Assembly (NCBI GenBank): GCA_963664825.1
Contig: OY761614.1
Location: 96,001-160,000 of the forward strand
Direction of reading: 5' to 3'
DNA length: 64,000 bases
Origin: an uncultured Holophaga sp.
GTDB lineage: Bacteria > Acidobacteriota > Holophagae > Holophagales > Holophagaceae
In this document: in pieces, positions 18,574-27,633 of the stretch
How the letters are laid out: each line of letters opens with the position of its first letter
How positions within the stretch are numbered: position 1 is the stretch's first letter
The notes under the pieces: model-generated
Told to the model about the DNA's origin: nothing
Seen by the model: only the letters and a program-made list of their open reading frames with translations
Databases searched by the model: none
Position numbers and translations under genes: made by a program

Positions 18574-20325
18574 TTGAGATCCATCCTCGGATTCGCCCTG
18601 GCGTTGCCCGCCCTGGTGTCCTCCCTGGGGGCCACCGAGACCAAGCCCTCCCCCCAGGATGACGGAATCGAGGCCCTGGCCCGCAAGGCCCTGACCTCCC
18701 AGGACCCGGCCTTCCAGAAGGAAACCCTGCGCCAGCTCCGGGCCCATCGCTTCCGCTCCACCCGGGCACCTCAACGCGAATACGCCCTCTTCGCCCAAGG
18801 GATCCTGGAGGATCGCTTCGAGGATGTCTTCAAGGCCGCCGCGACCCTGCGAAAGCTGGAGAGGGTCTGGCCCAGCTCCGCCTATCTTCCCGAGGCCCAG
18901 ACCATCCTGGGCCAGGAGGCGGTCGAGCGCCGGCGTTTCAAGGAGGCTGAAACCCGGTTAAGGAAGGCCCTCGATGCCGATATCCCGGTGGAAGGCAAGC
19001 GCCGAGCCCAGGAACTGCTGCTGTGGGTCTACGCCGAACAGACCCAGCCCGAGAAGGGGCTCCCCATTCTGGAATCGCTCCATCCCCTGGGCACGGCCAA
19101 ACCTTCCGAGAAGGGCCTGGTGGCCATGACCGAGGTGCTGGCCGCGGCCAAACAGAAGCATCAGGCCGAAGCGGCCCGCAAGGACTACCACACCCTCTAT
19201 CCCAAGGGTTCTTTCGGCCCCAGGGTCGATCTGGCCTGCGGCCGCATGCTTGGCACCCTGGGGGAAGCCAGGGCGAGCGCCGAAGCCCTTAGGCGGATCA
19301 TCCTGGAGACCCCCAATGCCCCGGAGGCCGACGAAGCCCGTCTCGCCCTGGCCTCCCTGCTCAGCGAGGGCAAGCTCAACGCTCGGGAAGCCAAGGCCTT
19401 CCCGGATCCCGATAAGCTCCTCTCGGAAATCCGGAAGGCTGAAAATAAGGGCGACCTGGGCCACAGGGCCCTGCTGGTCAAGCTGCGCATGCAGGTGAAC
19501 GCCTCCCATTGGAAGGAAGCCGTCGATATCGCCACTCAGATCCGCGCTGGGGGCCCCCATGGGGAAGAGGCGGGCGTGGTCACCAAGCTGCGAGCCGATG
19601 CCTTCCGGGCCTGGGCCCAGGAGCTCCTCGACAAGCAACAGATCGACCCCCTGCTCCCCTACCTGGACCGGGAAGGCCTCCAGTCCCTCACCCCTGAACA
19701 GCGCAGCCGTCTGACCCAGCGCCTCTCCCAGGTGGGCCTCACCACCGCCGCCCTCACGGTGATGGAACTGGCTCCCGCCGCCGAAAGGCCGCCCCTGAAG
19801 AAGGGCATCCTGGAGAGGACCTCGGCCGATGTCCATCCAGCCGAGGCCCTGAAGGCGATGCCGGGCCGGGGTGAATCGGGCGCAGTCTCCCTGAAGCGGG
19901 CCCAGGCGGCCCTGGCCATGAAGGACTGGAAGGCCGCCCGGCCTGCCCTGGGCAAGGCCAAACCCGGTGCCGAGCGAATACTGGCGATCACCTCCTTCCT
20001 CCGGCGGCCCTCGGAGGGCCCGGAAAGTGCCCGCCTGCGGGAGGCCGAGGCCTGGCTGGCCCGCAGTCCAGAAAAGGGCGGGGACCGGGAACCCCTGGTC
20101 CTGCTGGTGGCCGATCTCAGGGCCAAGGCCGGGAGCTGGAAGGGCGCCCTGGCCCTCTATCCAGCCCAACCGAGCAAGGAGCAGCGGGGCTGGGTCGCCC
20201 TGATGCGGGCCACCTGCCTCTCGAAACTGGGCCAGCAGGAAGCCGCCAGGACCGCGCTCCAGCAGGCCGCCAATGAACCTGGCTTTCGGATGGAGCGCGA
20301 AAGCCTCGCCCGCCAACTGAAGTAG
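18574..20325 (+). CDS. Exported TPR/helical-repeat protein
   Basis: Signal-peptide-like LGFALALPALVSSLGA after TTG at 18574; TPR-like repeats (WPSSAYLPEA, YPKGSFGPRV, TPNAPEADEA); start uncertain. Confidence 0.65.
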   Translation: MRSILGFALALPALVSSLGATETKPSPQDDGIEALARKALTSQDPAFQKETLRQLRAHRFRSTRAPQREYALFAQGILEDRFEDVFKAAATLRKLERVWPSSAYLPEAQTILGQEAVERRRFKEAETRLRKALDADIPVEGKRRAQELLLWVYAEQTQPEKGLPILESLHPLGTAKPSEKGLVAMTEVLAAAKQKHQAEAARKDYHTLYPKGSFGPRVDLACGRMLGTLGEARASAEALRRIILETPNAPEADEARLALASLLSEGKLNAREAKAFPDPDKLLSEIRKAENKGDLGHRALLVKLRMQVNASHWKEAVDIATQIRAGGPHGEEAGVVTKLRADAFRAWAQELLDKQQIDPLLPYLDREGLQSLTPEQRSRLTQRLSQVGLTTAALTVMELAPAAERPPLKKGILERTSADVHPAEALKAMPGRGESGAVSLKRAQAALAMKDWKAARPALGKAKPGAERILAITSFLRRPSEGPESARLREAEAWLARSPEKGGDREPLVLLVADLRAKAGSWKGALALYPAQPSKEQRGWVALMRATCLSKLGQQEAARTALQQAANEPGFRMERESLARQLK

Positions 20326-20339
20326 GCCGCGCTGCTACC

Positions 20340-21257
20340 GTGGAAGGAAGCCTTGGAGGCCGCTTGCCCTTCTCTTTCGCCCATGCCCTTTCCCCCCGGA
20401 GCAAGGGAGTCCTATATGTGGCCACGGCCGCCCTGCTCTGGAGCACCAGCGGCATCTTCATCAAGGCCCTGCCCATGGGGCCCTTCCCCATCGCCCTCTG
20501 GCGATCGCTGATCGCGGCCCTGACCATGCTGGCGGTCATGAAATACCGCCGACAACCCACGGGCATCGGGTTCCAGCCCCTGGATCTCGCCTGCGCCGGA
20601 TGCTACGCCGGCGTGCTGATCACCTTCGTGGTCGCCACCAAGCTCACCACCGCCGCCAACGCCATCTTCCTCCAGTTCTCCGCCCCCATCTACCTGCTCT
20701 TCCTGGAGCCCTGGGCCTTTCACCGCCGCATGCAGAAGCGCGATCTCTGGACCGTGGCGGCCTGTCTGGCGGGCATGGCGCTCTTCTTCGGGGGGCGCAT
20801 GGAACGCGGAGGCATGTTCGGCAACGGGCTGGCGGTCTGCTCCGGGCTCTGCCTGGCGGCCTTCTCCCTCCTGCTCAAATGGAAGCGGGAGCATGAACCC
20901 GGGCGGAACCCCGCCGGGGCCATCGTGCTGGGCAACTTCGCGGTGGCCCTTGTGTGCCTGCCCCTGGCCCTGCCCCTGGTCCGGATTACCCCCGGCCAGG
21001 GGGCGGCCCTGCTCTACCTGGGCATCTTCCAGATCGGCTTCGCCTACCTGATCTTCACGGCGGGCATCCGCTACATCTCGGCCACGGCCGCCATGATCAT
21101 CAGCATGCTGGAGGCGGTCTTCAATCCGGTCTGGGTCTTCCTGGGCGTGGGAGAGCGCCCCAGCCCCTCGGCGCTGGCGGGGGCGGCGGTGATCCTGGGC
21201 GTCATTTTCTGGTACAGCCTCAAGGGGGCCCCGGAGGCTCCGGTGGCCGCGGGCTGA
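20340..21257 (+). CDS. DMT/EamA family transporter
   Basis: About 10 TM helices; LWSTSG, TTAANAIFLQFSAP, LEAVFNPVW..GERP. Confidence 0.88.
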   Translation: MEGSLGGRLPFSFAHALSPRSKGVLYVATAALLWSTSGIFIKALPMGPFPIALWRSLIAALTMLAVMKYRRQPTGIGFQPLDLACAGCYAGVLITFVVATKLTTAANAIFLQFSAPIYLLFLEPWAFHRRMQKRDLWTVAACLAGMALFFGGRMERGGMFGNGLAVCSGLCLAAFSLLLKWKREHEPGRNPAGAIVLGNFAVALVCLPLALPLVRITPGQGAALLYLGIFQIGFAYLIFTAGIRYISATAAMIISMLEAVFNPVWVFLGVGERPSPSALAGAAVILGVIFWYSLKGAPEAPVAAG

Positions 21258-21485
21258 TCCAGGCAGGACGACCAAAGGCAATCAGGAAGGGGCCTTTGGA
21301 GGCCTGGAGGAAAAGGATCGATTTTCCTGCAATATCCCCCTGGACCCGGCCCTCGGGTGGGACTAGCATGGGGCCCTCCCCCAACACATCTAGGATGAAC
21401 AAGCCCATGCTGGCAAGCCTGTGCCTGCCCATCCCCAGCCCCTGACCCCCGACCCGCCCAGGTGGCGGAATCCAAGGAGATTGAC

Positions 21486-21857
21486 ATGGCCAAGGTCCTC
21501 ATCGTCGATGACGATCCCGATATCGTCGAAGCGAGTCAACTCTTCCTCGAAAAGGCGGGCCACCAGATCGCGACGGCCGGAAGCCGCCGGGAGGGCATGG
21601 AGAAGGTGGAGAGCTTCCAGCCCGATTTGCTGATCCTGGACGTGATGATGGAGCAGCCCGACGACGGCTTCGCCATGGCCCAGGATCTGCGCCGCCTAGG
21701 GAAGCACTTCCCCATCCTCATGCTGACCAGCGTGGCCTCGGCCTCGGGACTAGCCTTCGACAAGGATGCGGAGATGGTCCCCGTGGACGACTTCCAGGCC
21801 AAACCCGTGGAACCCGCCACCCTCGTCCAGAAGGTGGCCGAACTCCTGAAGCGCTAG
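21486..21857 (+). CDS. Single-domain response regulator
   Basis: VLIVDDD, LLILDVMM, KP; GGAG RBS; first gene of the hydrogenase cluster. Confidence 0.88.
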   Translation: MAKVLIVDDDPDIVEASQLFLEKAGHQIATAGSRREGMEKVESFQPDLLILDVMMEQPDDGFAMAQDLRRLGKHFPILMLTSVASASGLAFDKDAEMVPVDDFQAKPVEPATLVQKVAELLKR

Positions 21858-21866
21858 GGGGCTCCC

Positions 21867-22388
21867 ATGCTGATGACCGAACGAGACCGCATCACAAGCG
21901 AGATCAAGAGCCTCGCCGACAAGCTGGGCCACAACCGCACCTCCCTGGTGCCCATCCTTCAGGATGTGAAACGCACCTACCACCGCATCGATAGCTTCGC
22001 CATGCAGATCATCGCCGACGAACTGGGCATCCACCCCGTGGAGGTCTACAGCGTGGCCTCCTTTTATGCCTTTCTCGGCCAGCACACCCAGGGCAAGTTC
22101 GTGATCCGCCTCTGCCGCACGATCTCCTGCGATATGCAGGACAAGGACCGAGTCGCCCGCCAGCTGGAGAACGATCTGGGCATCCCCTTCGGCCAGACCA
22201 CGCCGGACGGCAAGTTCACCCTCGAATGGGCCAATTGCATGGGCATGTGCGACCAGGGCCCGGCCCTACTCGTCAATGACAGGGTCTTCACCCGGGTGAC
22301 CCCGGAAAAGGTGCACGAAATCCTCCAGGAGTGCCGCAGCGCCTTCGGCCAGCACGCCACGGAGCGGAAGGAGGTCCATCTCGCATGA
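21867..22388 (+). CDS. hydC: [FeFe] hydrogenase gamma subunit (NuoE-like, 2Fe-2S)
   Basis: VASFY, CRTISC, CMGMCDQGP. Confidence 0.9.
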   Translation: MLMTERDRITSEIKSLADKLGHNRTSLVPILQDVKRTYHRIDSFAMQIIADELGIHPVEVYSVASFYAFLGQHTQGKFVIRLCRTISCDMQDKDRVARQLENDLGIPFGQTTPDGKFTLEWANCMGMCDQGPALLVNDRVFTRVTPEKVHEILQECRSAFGQHATERKEVHLA

Positions 22389-23566
22389 ACAGCATCCCGA
22401 CTTTCTCTTCCATGCAGCCCGAGGCGGGCCTTCACAAGGCCCTCGCCATGCCCAGGCCCGATATCATCGCCGAGATCAGCGCCTCGGGGCTCAAGGGCCG
22501 GGGCGGCGCGGGCTTTCCCACCGGCGTGAAGTGGAATTTCGCGGCCTCCGCCAAGGCCGACCGGAAATACATCATTTGCAACGCCGATGAGGGGGAACCC
22601 GGCACCTTCAAGGACCGGGTGATCCTCCAGGAATACGCCGATCTCGTCTTCGAGGGCATGACGCTAGCGGGCAAAGCCATCGGCGCCAAGGAGGGCATCC
22701 TCTTCCTGAGGGGCGAATACACCTACCTGAAGCCCCAGCTCGAGGAAACCCTCCAGCGCCGCCGGGCACAGAACCTCCTGGGCAAGAACGTGCTCGGCGC
22801 AGATATCGCCTTCGATATCCGCATCTTCATGGGGGCCGGGGCCTATATCTGCGGTGAGGAGACCGCGCTCATCGAATGCCTGGAGGGCTTCCGCGGCGAG
22901 CCCAGGAACCGCCCCCCCTTCCCGGTCAACACCGGTTTCCTGGATCGGCCATCCATTGTCAATAACGTGGAGACCCTCGCCTGGGCCGCCTGCATCCTCC
23001 AGCAGGGTGCCGACTGGTTCAAGAGCAAGGGCACCGAACGCTCCACGGGCATCAAGATATTCAGCGTCTCCGGGGACTGCAAGCGCCCGGGCGTCTACGA
23101 ATTTCCCTTAGGGATTTCCGTGGCCCAACTCCTCAAGCATGTGGGCGGCGAAAACGCCCGGGCCGTACAGATCGGCGGAGCCGCGGGCCAGTGCATCCCG
23201 GCCTCCGAATTCAAGCGGAGCATCGCCTTCGAGGACATTCCCACAGGCGGTTCCATCATCGTCTTCGGCCCCCAGCGGGACATGCTCGACGTGCTCCAGA
23301 ACTTCCTGGAATTCTTCACCGACGAAAGCTGCGGCCAGTGCACACCCTGCCGCCTGGGCAACCGCAAGCTCCTGGAAGGCGTCCAAATGCTGAAGGCCGG
23401 CAGCTGTTCCATGGCCTACCTGCAGGAGCTCTGCGCGCTTGGGGAGACCATGCAGTTGGCCTCCAAGTGCGGCCTGGGCCAGAGCAGCCCCAGCGCCTTC
23501 CTCTCGGTGGTGAAACATTTCCGGGACGAACTCATGGGCCGCACCAGCCCCCTCACCCACGCCTAG
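22385..23566 (+). CDS. hydB: [FeFe] hydrogenase beta subunit (NuoF-like NADH/FMN), short form
   Basis: GRGGAGFPTG, NADEGEPGTFKD, GAYICGEETA, ESCGQCTPCR...CGLG; ATG at 22385. Confidence 0.9.
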   Translation: MNSIPTFSSMQPEAGLHKALAMPRPDIIAEISASGLKGRGGAGFPTGVKWNFAASAKADRKYIICNADEGEPGTFKDRVILQEYADLVFEGMTLAGKAIGAKEGILFLRGEYTYLKPQLEETLQRRRAQNLLGKNVLGADIAFDIRIFMGAGAYICGEETALIECLEGFRGEPRNRPPFPVNTGFLDRPSIVNNVETLAWAACILQQGADWFKSKGTERSTGIKIFSVSGDCKRPGVYEFPLGISVAQLLKHVGGENARAVQIGGAAGQCIPASEFKRSIAFEDIPTGGSIIVFGPQRDMLDVLQNFLEFFTDESCGQCTPCRLGNRKLLEGVQMLKAGSCSMAYLQELCALGETMQLASKCGLGQSSPSAFLSVVKHFRDELMGRTSPLTHA

Positions 23567-23581
23567 AGCCGAGGAGCCCCC

Positions 23582-25507
23582 ATGACCGAGTCCAGCCCCC
23601 TCGAAACCGCTCGCCGCAGCCCGGCCAGCCAGCAGTCCCAGACCATCCCGCCCCCGGCCAATGCTCAGGCCATCGGCGGCCAGGTGACCCTCAGCATCGA
23701 CGGACAAGAGGTGAAGGTCCCCCTGGGCACCACCATCCTGGAGGCCGCCCGCAGGATCGGCGCCCATATCCCCACCCTCTGCCACCACCCGGATCTCTGC
23801 GTGGCCGGCGTCTGCCGGGTCTGCTCGGTGGAAGTGGAGGGAATGCGCACACTCCAAGCCGCCTGCGCCTTCCCCGTGACCTCCCCCATCAAGGTCAGGA
23901 CCCACACGGAAAAGGTCCGCCTGGCGCGCCGCCACATCATCGATCTCCTGCTCTCCGACCACTGCGGCGAGTGCTACGCCTGCCATCGCAACAACAATTG
24001 CGAGCTGCAGAGCCTGGCCATGGAACACGGCGTGGATTTCTTCCGCTTCGGCCATCCCGAGAAGCCCACTCACCCCATCGATAGCTCCAGCTACTCGGTG
24101 GTGCGCGATCTCAACAAGTGCGTGCTCTGCCGTCGCTGCGTAAGGACCTGCATCGATCTCCAGGAGGTGGGCACCATCGAAGTGGTGGGCCGCGGCGACG
24201 GCAGCCACATCCGGCCCTTCCTGGACAAGCCCCTGGGAGAAGTGGTCTGCATCAACTGCGGCCAGTGCATCAATCGTTGCCCCACGGGAGCCCTGCATGC
24301 CCAGGACTACACCGACGAAGTATGGGCCGCCATCGATGACCCCAGGAAGCACGTGGTCATCCAGACCGCTCCGAGCCCGCGAGCGGCCATCGGCGAATGC
24401 TTCGGATTGCCCGCAGGAAGGGCCCTCACCTTCGAGCTCAACACGGCCCTGCGCCGCTGCGGCTTCGACCGGGTCTTCGATACTAATTTCTCGGCAGACC
24501 TCACCATCATGGAAGAGGGCACGGAGCTGCTCCTGCGGCTCAAGAGCGCCCTGCTGCTTCGGGAGCCCACGGCCTTCCCCCAATTCACCAGTTGCAGCCC
24601 GGGTTGGGTGAAGTATCTGGAGCACTTCTACCCCGAATACATCCCCAATCTCAGCACGGCCAAGAGCCCCCAGCAGATGTTCGGCGCGGTCATCAAGACC
24701 TGGTACGCCCAGCAGCACGGCCTCGACCCCAAGGATATCGTCACCGTGGCCCTCATGCCTTGCTCGGCCAAGAAGTTCGAATGCAATCGCCCAGAGATGG
24801 ACGACAGCGGCTTCAAGGATGTGGACTACGGCCTCACCACCCGGGAACTGGCCAAGATGATCCGGGAATCGGGCATCCATCTGCCGGATATGCCCAAATC
24901 CGATTTCGATACCCCCTTCGGCACGGCCACGGGTTCGGGCGTGATCTTCGGGGCCACCGGGGGCGTGATGGAGGCCGCGCTCCGCACCGTCATCGAGTTG
25001 GTCTGCGGCATCAAGGTGGAGGATCTCTTCGAACACGCCAATATCAAGCCCCTCCGCGGCTTCGAGGGCGTCCGCTACGTGGAGCTGCCCATCAAGGCCG
25101 TGGGCCCGGTGCCTGCGACGCTGGCCCATCTGTTCCCCCACTGGAATTTTCTGAAGGGCCAGACCCTCAGGGTTGCCGTCGCCCACGGCACGGCCAACGC
25201 CAAGAAGGTCATGGAGGATATCAAGAGGGGCGGGCAGTTCAGCAAGTGCCACTTCATCGAATTCATGGGATGCCCCGGGGGGTGCATCGGCGGGGGCGGA
25301 CAGCCCATCCCCACCAGCCCCGAGATCCGCGCCGCCCGTGCCGCGGCCATCTATGCCGAGGACGCGGCCTACACCGTGCGGAAGTCTCACGAGAACCCTG
25401 ATGTGGCCCGGATCTACAGCGAGTTCCTCACGGAAGGCCCTTGCGGGCAGAGGAGCCACGAGCTTCTGCACACGCACTACACGGCCCGAGGGAAGTACAT
25501 CGATTGA
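23582..25507 (+). CDS. hydA: [FeFe] hydrogenase catalytic subunit (group A; 2Fe-2S, His-ligated 4Fe-4S, 2x4Fe-4S, H-cluster)
   Basis: H-cluster motifs TSCSPGW, MPCSAKKFE, EFMGCPGGCIGGGGQP; ferredoxin motifs CVLCRRCVRTC and CINCGQCINRCP. Confidence 0.95.
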   Translation: MTESSPLETARRSPASQQSQTIPPPANAQAIGGQVTLSIDGQEVKVPLGTTILEAARRIGAHIPTLCHHPDLCVAGVCRVCSVEVEGMRTLQAACAFPVTSPIKVRTHTEKVRLARRHIIDLLLSDHCGECYACHRNNNCELQSLAMEHGVDFFRFGHPEKPTHPIDSSSYSVVRDLNKCVLCRRCVRTCIDLQEVGTIEVVGRGDGSHIRPFLDKPLGEVVCINCGQCINRCPTGALHAQDYTDEVWAAIDDPRKHVVIQTAPSPRAAIGECFGLPAGRALTFELNTALRRCGFDRVFDTNFSADLTIMEEGTELLLRLKSALLLREPTAFPQFTSCSPGWVKYLEHFYPEYIPNLSTAKSPQQMFGAVIKTWYAQQHGLDPKDIVTVALMPCSAKKFECNRPEMDDSGFKDVDYGLTTRELAKMIRESGIHLPDMPKSDFDTPFGTATGSGVIFGATGGVMEAALRTVIELVCGIKVEDLFEHANIKPLRGFEGVRYVELPIKAVGPVPATLAHLFPHWNFLKGQTLRVAVAHGTANAKKVMEDIKRGGQFSKCHFIEFMGCPGGCIGGGGQPIPTSPEIRAARAAAIYAEDAAYTVRKSHENPDVARIYSEFLTEGPCGQRSHELLHTHYTARGKYID

Positions 25508-25523
25508 TTTTTGCCGACTTCCG

Positions 25524-25558
25524 ACAAATCGCACGCGCCAGGGGCTCGTGCGATTTGT
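25524..25558 (+). terminator. Stem-loop after hydA (terminator or mRNA-stabilising hairpin)
   Basis: ACAAATCGCACG-N11-CGTGCGATTTGT, perfect 12-bp stem. Confidence 0.55.
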
Positions 25559-25591
25559 AATGATAAGAAGGCATCCATCCCAGGCCTCCCC

Positions 25592-26896
25592 ATGGTCGAA
25601 CTGAATCCAAACCTCCACTTCCTGAGCACCTTCGAAGGCGCCGAGGAGGAGCGCTTCCCGGTCGACGAGCAGGCCATTCTCGATCACGTCAACGACAAGG
25701 TGGCCGCCAAGGCATCTTTAAGTGAACTGATGGAATTCCTCTTCGGCGCCGTGCAGGAGCTCTACCCCTGCGACCGCATCGGCCTGGCCTTCCTGGATGA
25801 CGAGGGCCGTCGCATCGTCTCCCATTGGACGAAGGCCCTCTACGAGCCCCTACTCCTGACGCCGGGCTACGGCGAGGATCTGGCCCACAGCTCCCTGCGC
25901 ACGGTCATCGGTTCGGCCTGCGCCCGGATCATCTACGATCTGGAGCGCTACGAAGAGGAGCATCCCATGAGCGCCTCCACGCGCCTCCTGGTGCGCGAGG
26001 GTGTGCGCAGCAGCATGACCTGCCCCCTCATGGTCGAAGACCGGGTGCTGGGCGTGCTCTTCCTCAGCGCCCGGGAGCCCAAGGTCTACACGCCCTATCA
26101 CGCGCGACTCTGGCGGGCCCTGGCCGAGCGCATCAGCCAGGCGGTGGAGAAGGCCTGGCGCATCGAACAGCTCACGGCCGCCAACCAGGCCTACAACGAA
26201 GTGCTGGCCTTCGTCAGCCACGAGCTGAAGAACCCCGTGGCCTCCATGATGACCGACGCCCGGGTGCTCGTGGACGGCTACCTGGGGGAACTGGAGCTCC
26301 GGCAGAGCCAGAAGCTGGAGCGCCTCATCAAGAAGGGCGGCTACCTGCTGGACCTCATCGGGGAATACCTGGATCTGGCCCGCATGGAGGGCGGCAGCCT
26401 CCGCCTGAACGCCGCCGAGATTTCCCTGGTGGAAGAGGTGCTGGAGCCCTCCTTCGAGATCATCCAGCCCCAGTTCCAGGACCGCCACATGCGCCTCGAA
26501 CGCCAGTATCCCGAGCGCCCAGGGCCCGTCGTCTGCGATCCCTCCCTGTTGAAGATCGTGCTGGTGAACCTGCTGGGCAACGCGGTGAAATACGGCCAGG
26601 AAGGCGGCCTCATCCGCCTGCGCTACGAGCGCCTTCCCGACCACTTCAGGGTTTCGGTCTGGAACGAGGGGCCGGGCTTCGCTTCAGAAGAACGCCCGCG
26701 CCTCTTCCGTAAGTTCAGCCGCCTCCAGAGCCCCGAACTCAAGGCCCGCAAGGGCACGGGCGTGGGGCTCTACACCTCCTGGCGCATCGCCCATCTCCAC
26801 GGAGGCCGCATGGACGCCACCTCCAAGCAGGGGGCCTGGGCGGAATTCAGCCTGGAGATCCCCCAGCCCCTGCCGGAGACTCCGCAGGGAGAGTGA
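25592..26896 (+). CDS. Soluble GAF-domain sensor histidine kinase
   Basis: GAF (EGVRSSMTCPL...VLGVL), SHELKNP, NLLGNAVKY, GTGVGL. Confidence 0.88.
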   Translation: MVELNPNLHFLSTFEGAEEERFPVDEQAILDHVNDKVAAKASLSELMEFLFGAVQELYPCDRIGLAFLDDEGRRIVSHWTKALYEPLLLTPGYGEDLAHSSLRTVIGSACARIIYDLERYEEEHPMSASTRLLVREGVRSSMTCPLMVEDRVLGVLFLSAREPKVYTPYHARLWRALAERISQAVEKAWRIEQLTAANQAYNEVLAFVSHELKNPVASMMTDARVLVDGYLGELELRQSQKLERLIKKGGYLLDLIGEYLDLARMEGGSLRLNAAEISLVEEVLEPSFEIIQPQFQDRHMRLERQYPERPGPVVCDPSLLKIVLVNLLGNAVKYGQEGGLIRLRYERLPDHFRVSVWNEGPGFASEERPRLFRKFSRLQSPELKARKGTGVGLYTSWRIAHLHGGRMDATSKQGAWAEFSLEIPQPLPETPQGE

Positions 26897-26903
26897 TGAG
26901 GGC

Positions 26904-27140
26904 TCAGGCGCCGGGATGGGCCAGAGCCTTGAGCGCCATCAGCACACCGAATACCGTCGACCAGATGGCGCAGACCAGATAACCCGAAAAAGTCACCCAA
27001 TACATGATGGGGTCGCTATCGCGGCGATAGATGCGAGAACTGAAGCCCCATCCCCGTCCCTTGATCTCCGCTGTGGATATGGCCTGGATGATCAGCCACA
27101 GGAAGATCATTCCAAGGATGAGAAAGAAGGCTGGGACCAT
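26904..27140 (-). CDS. Small two-TM hypothetical protein
   Basis: 78-aa ORF with two hydrophobic segments and AGGAG upstream. Confidence 0.55.
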   Translation of the reverse strand: MVPAFFLILGMIFLWLIIQAISTAEIKGRGWGFSSRIYRRDSDPIMYWVTFSGYLVCAIWSTVFGVLMALKALAHPGA

Positions 27141-27191
27141 GGATGCTCCTACTGTTTTCCCGAGGGGCGTTGGAAGCAGGATCCTCCGCGT

Positions 27192-27581
27192 CTATCGCGT
27201 GATCACGGGATCGATGGGAGTCTCCGAGAGGAGCTTGACGGCCTTTTCCTCTTCGAGATAGGCCGGTGTCGTCCTTTGGTTGGCCACCCATTTCAGGGTC
27301 TGCTTGGCAATGACCCCGGCATCGTCATCCTTCCGGGCGAGGGCTTCGGCCTTGAGTGCATGGATGGCCAGCTGGTGGTTCAGATTGAGCTTGGCTTTCT
27401 CGAGATCGGATCGGTTCAGCAGATCCATTTGTTCGCTGATGAAGAGCGTCGTCCCGTAGTTGCCGATGGATTCGCGTTTCCGTGCCTCTTTGCCGGAGCT
27501 GCTTTGGACGATCCACGCCCCCAGGATTCCGCCCACGAGCAGGGCAGCGATCGCGACAAGGACTGTTTTGGTGGGTGTCAT
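27192..27581 (-). CDS. Hypothetical protein with N-terminal TM/signal
   Basis: 129-aa ORF with hydrophobic N-terminus and GAGG RBS. Confidence 0.55.
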   Translation of the reverse strand: MTPTKTVLVAIAALLVGGILGAWIVQSSSGKEARKRESIGNYGTTLFISEQMDLLNRSDLEKAKLNLNHQLAIHALKAEALARKDDDAGVIAKQTLKWVANQRTTPAYLEEEKAVKLLSETPIDPVITR

Positions 27582-27633
27582 CGTGCGCCTCGGGAGAAAA
27601 GGGACCGGCAGGCCGGGAGTGAGAATCCGCCCC

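Noticed and set aside
21405..21430. TGGCA..GC element upstream of the hydrogenase cluster as a sigma54 promoter
   Set aside because: GG-to-GC spacing is 9 nt rather than the required 10.
21867..23566. NuoE/NuoF of respiratory complex I
   Set aside because: No other nuo genes nearby, and both are directly linked to an H-cluster subunit, so they are hydrogenase subunits.
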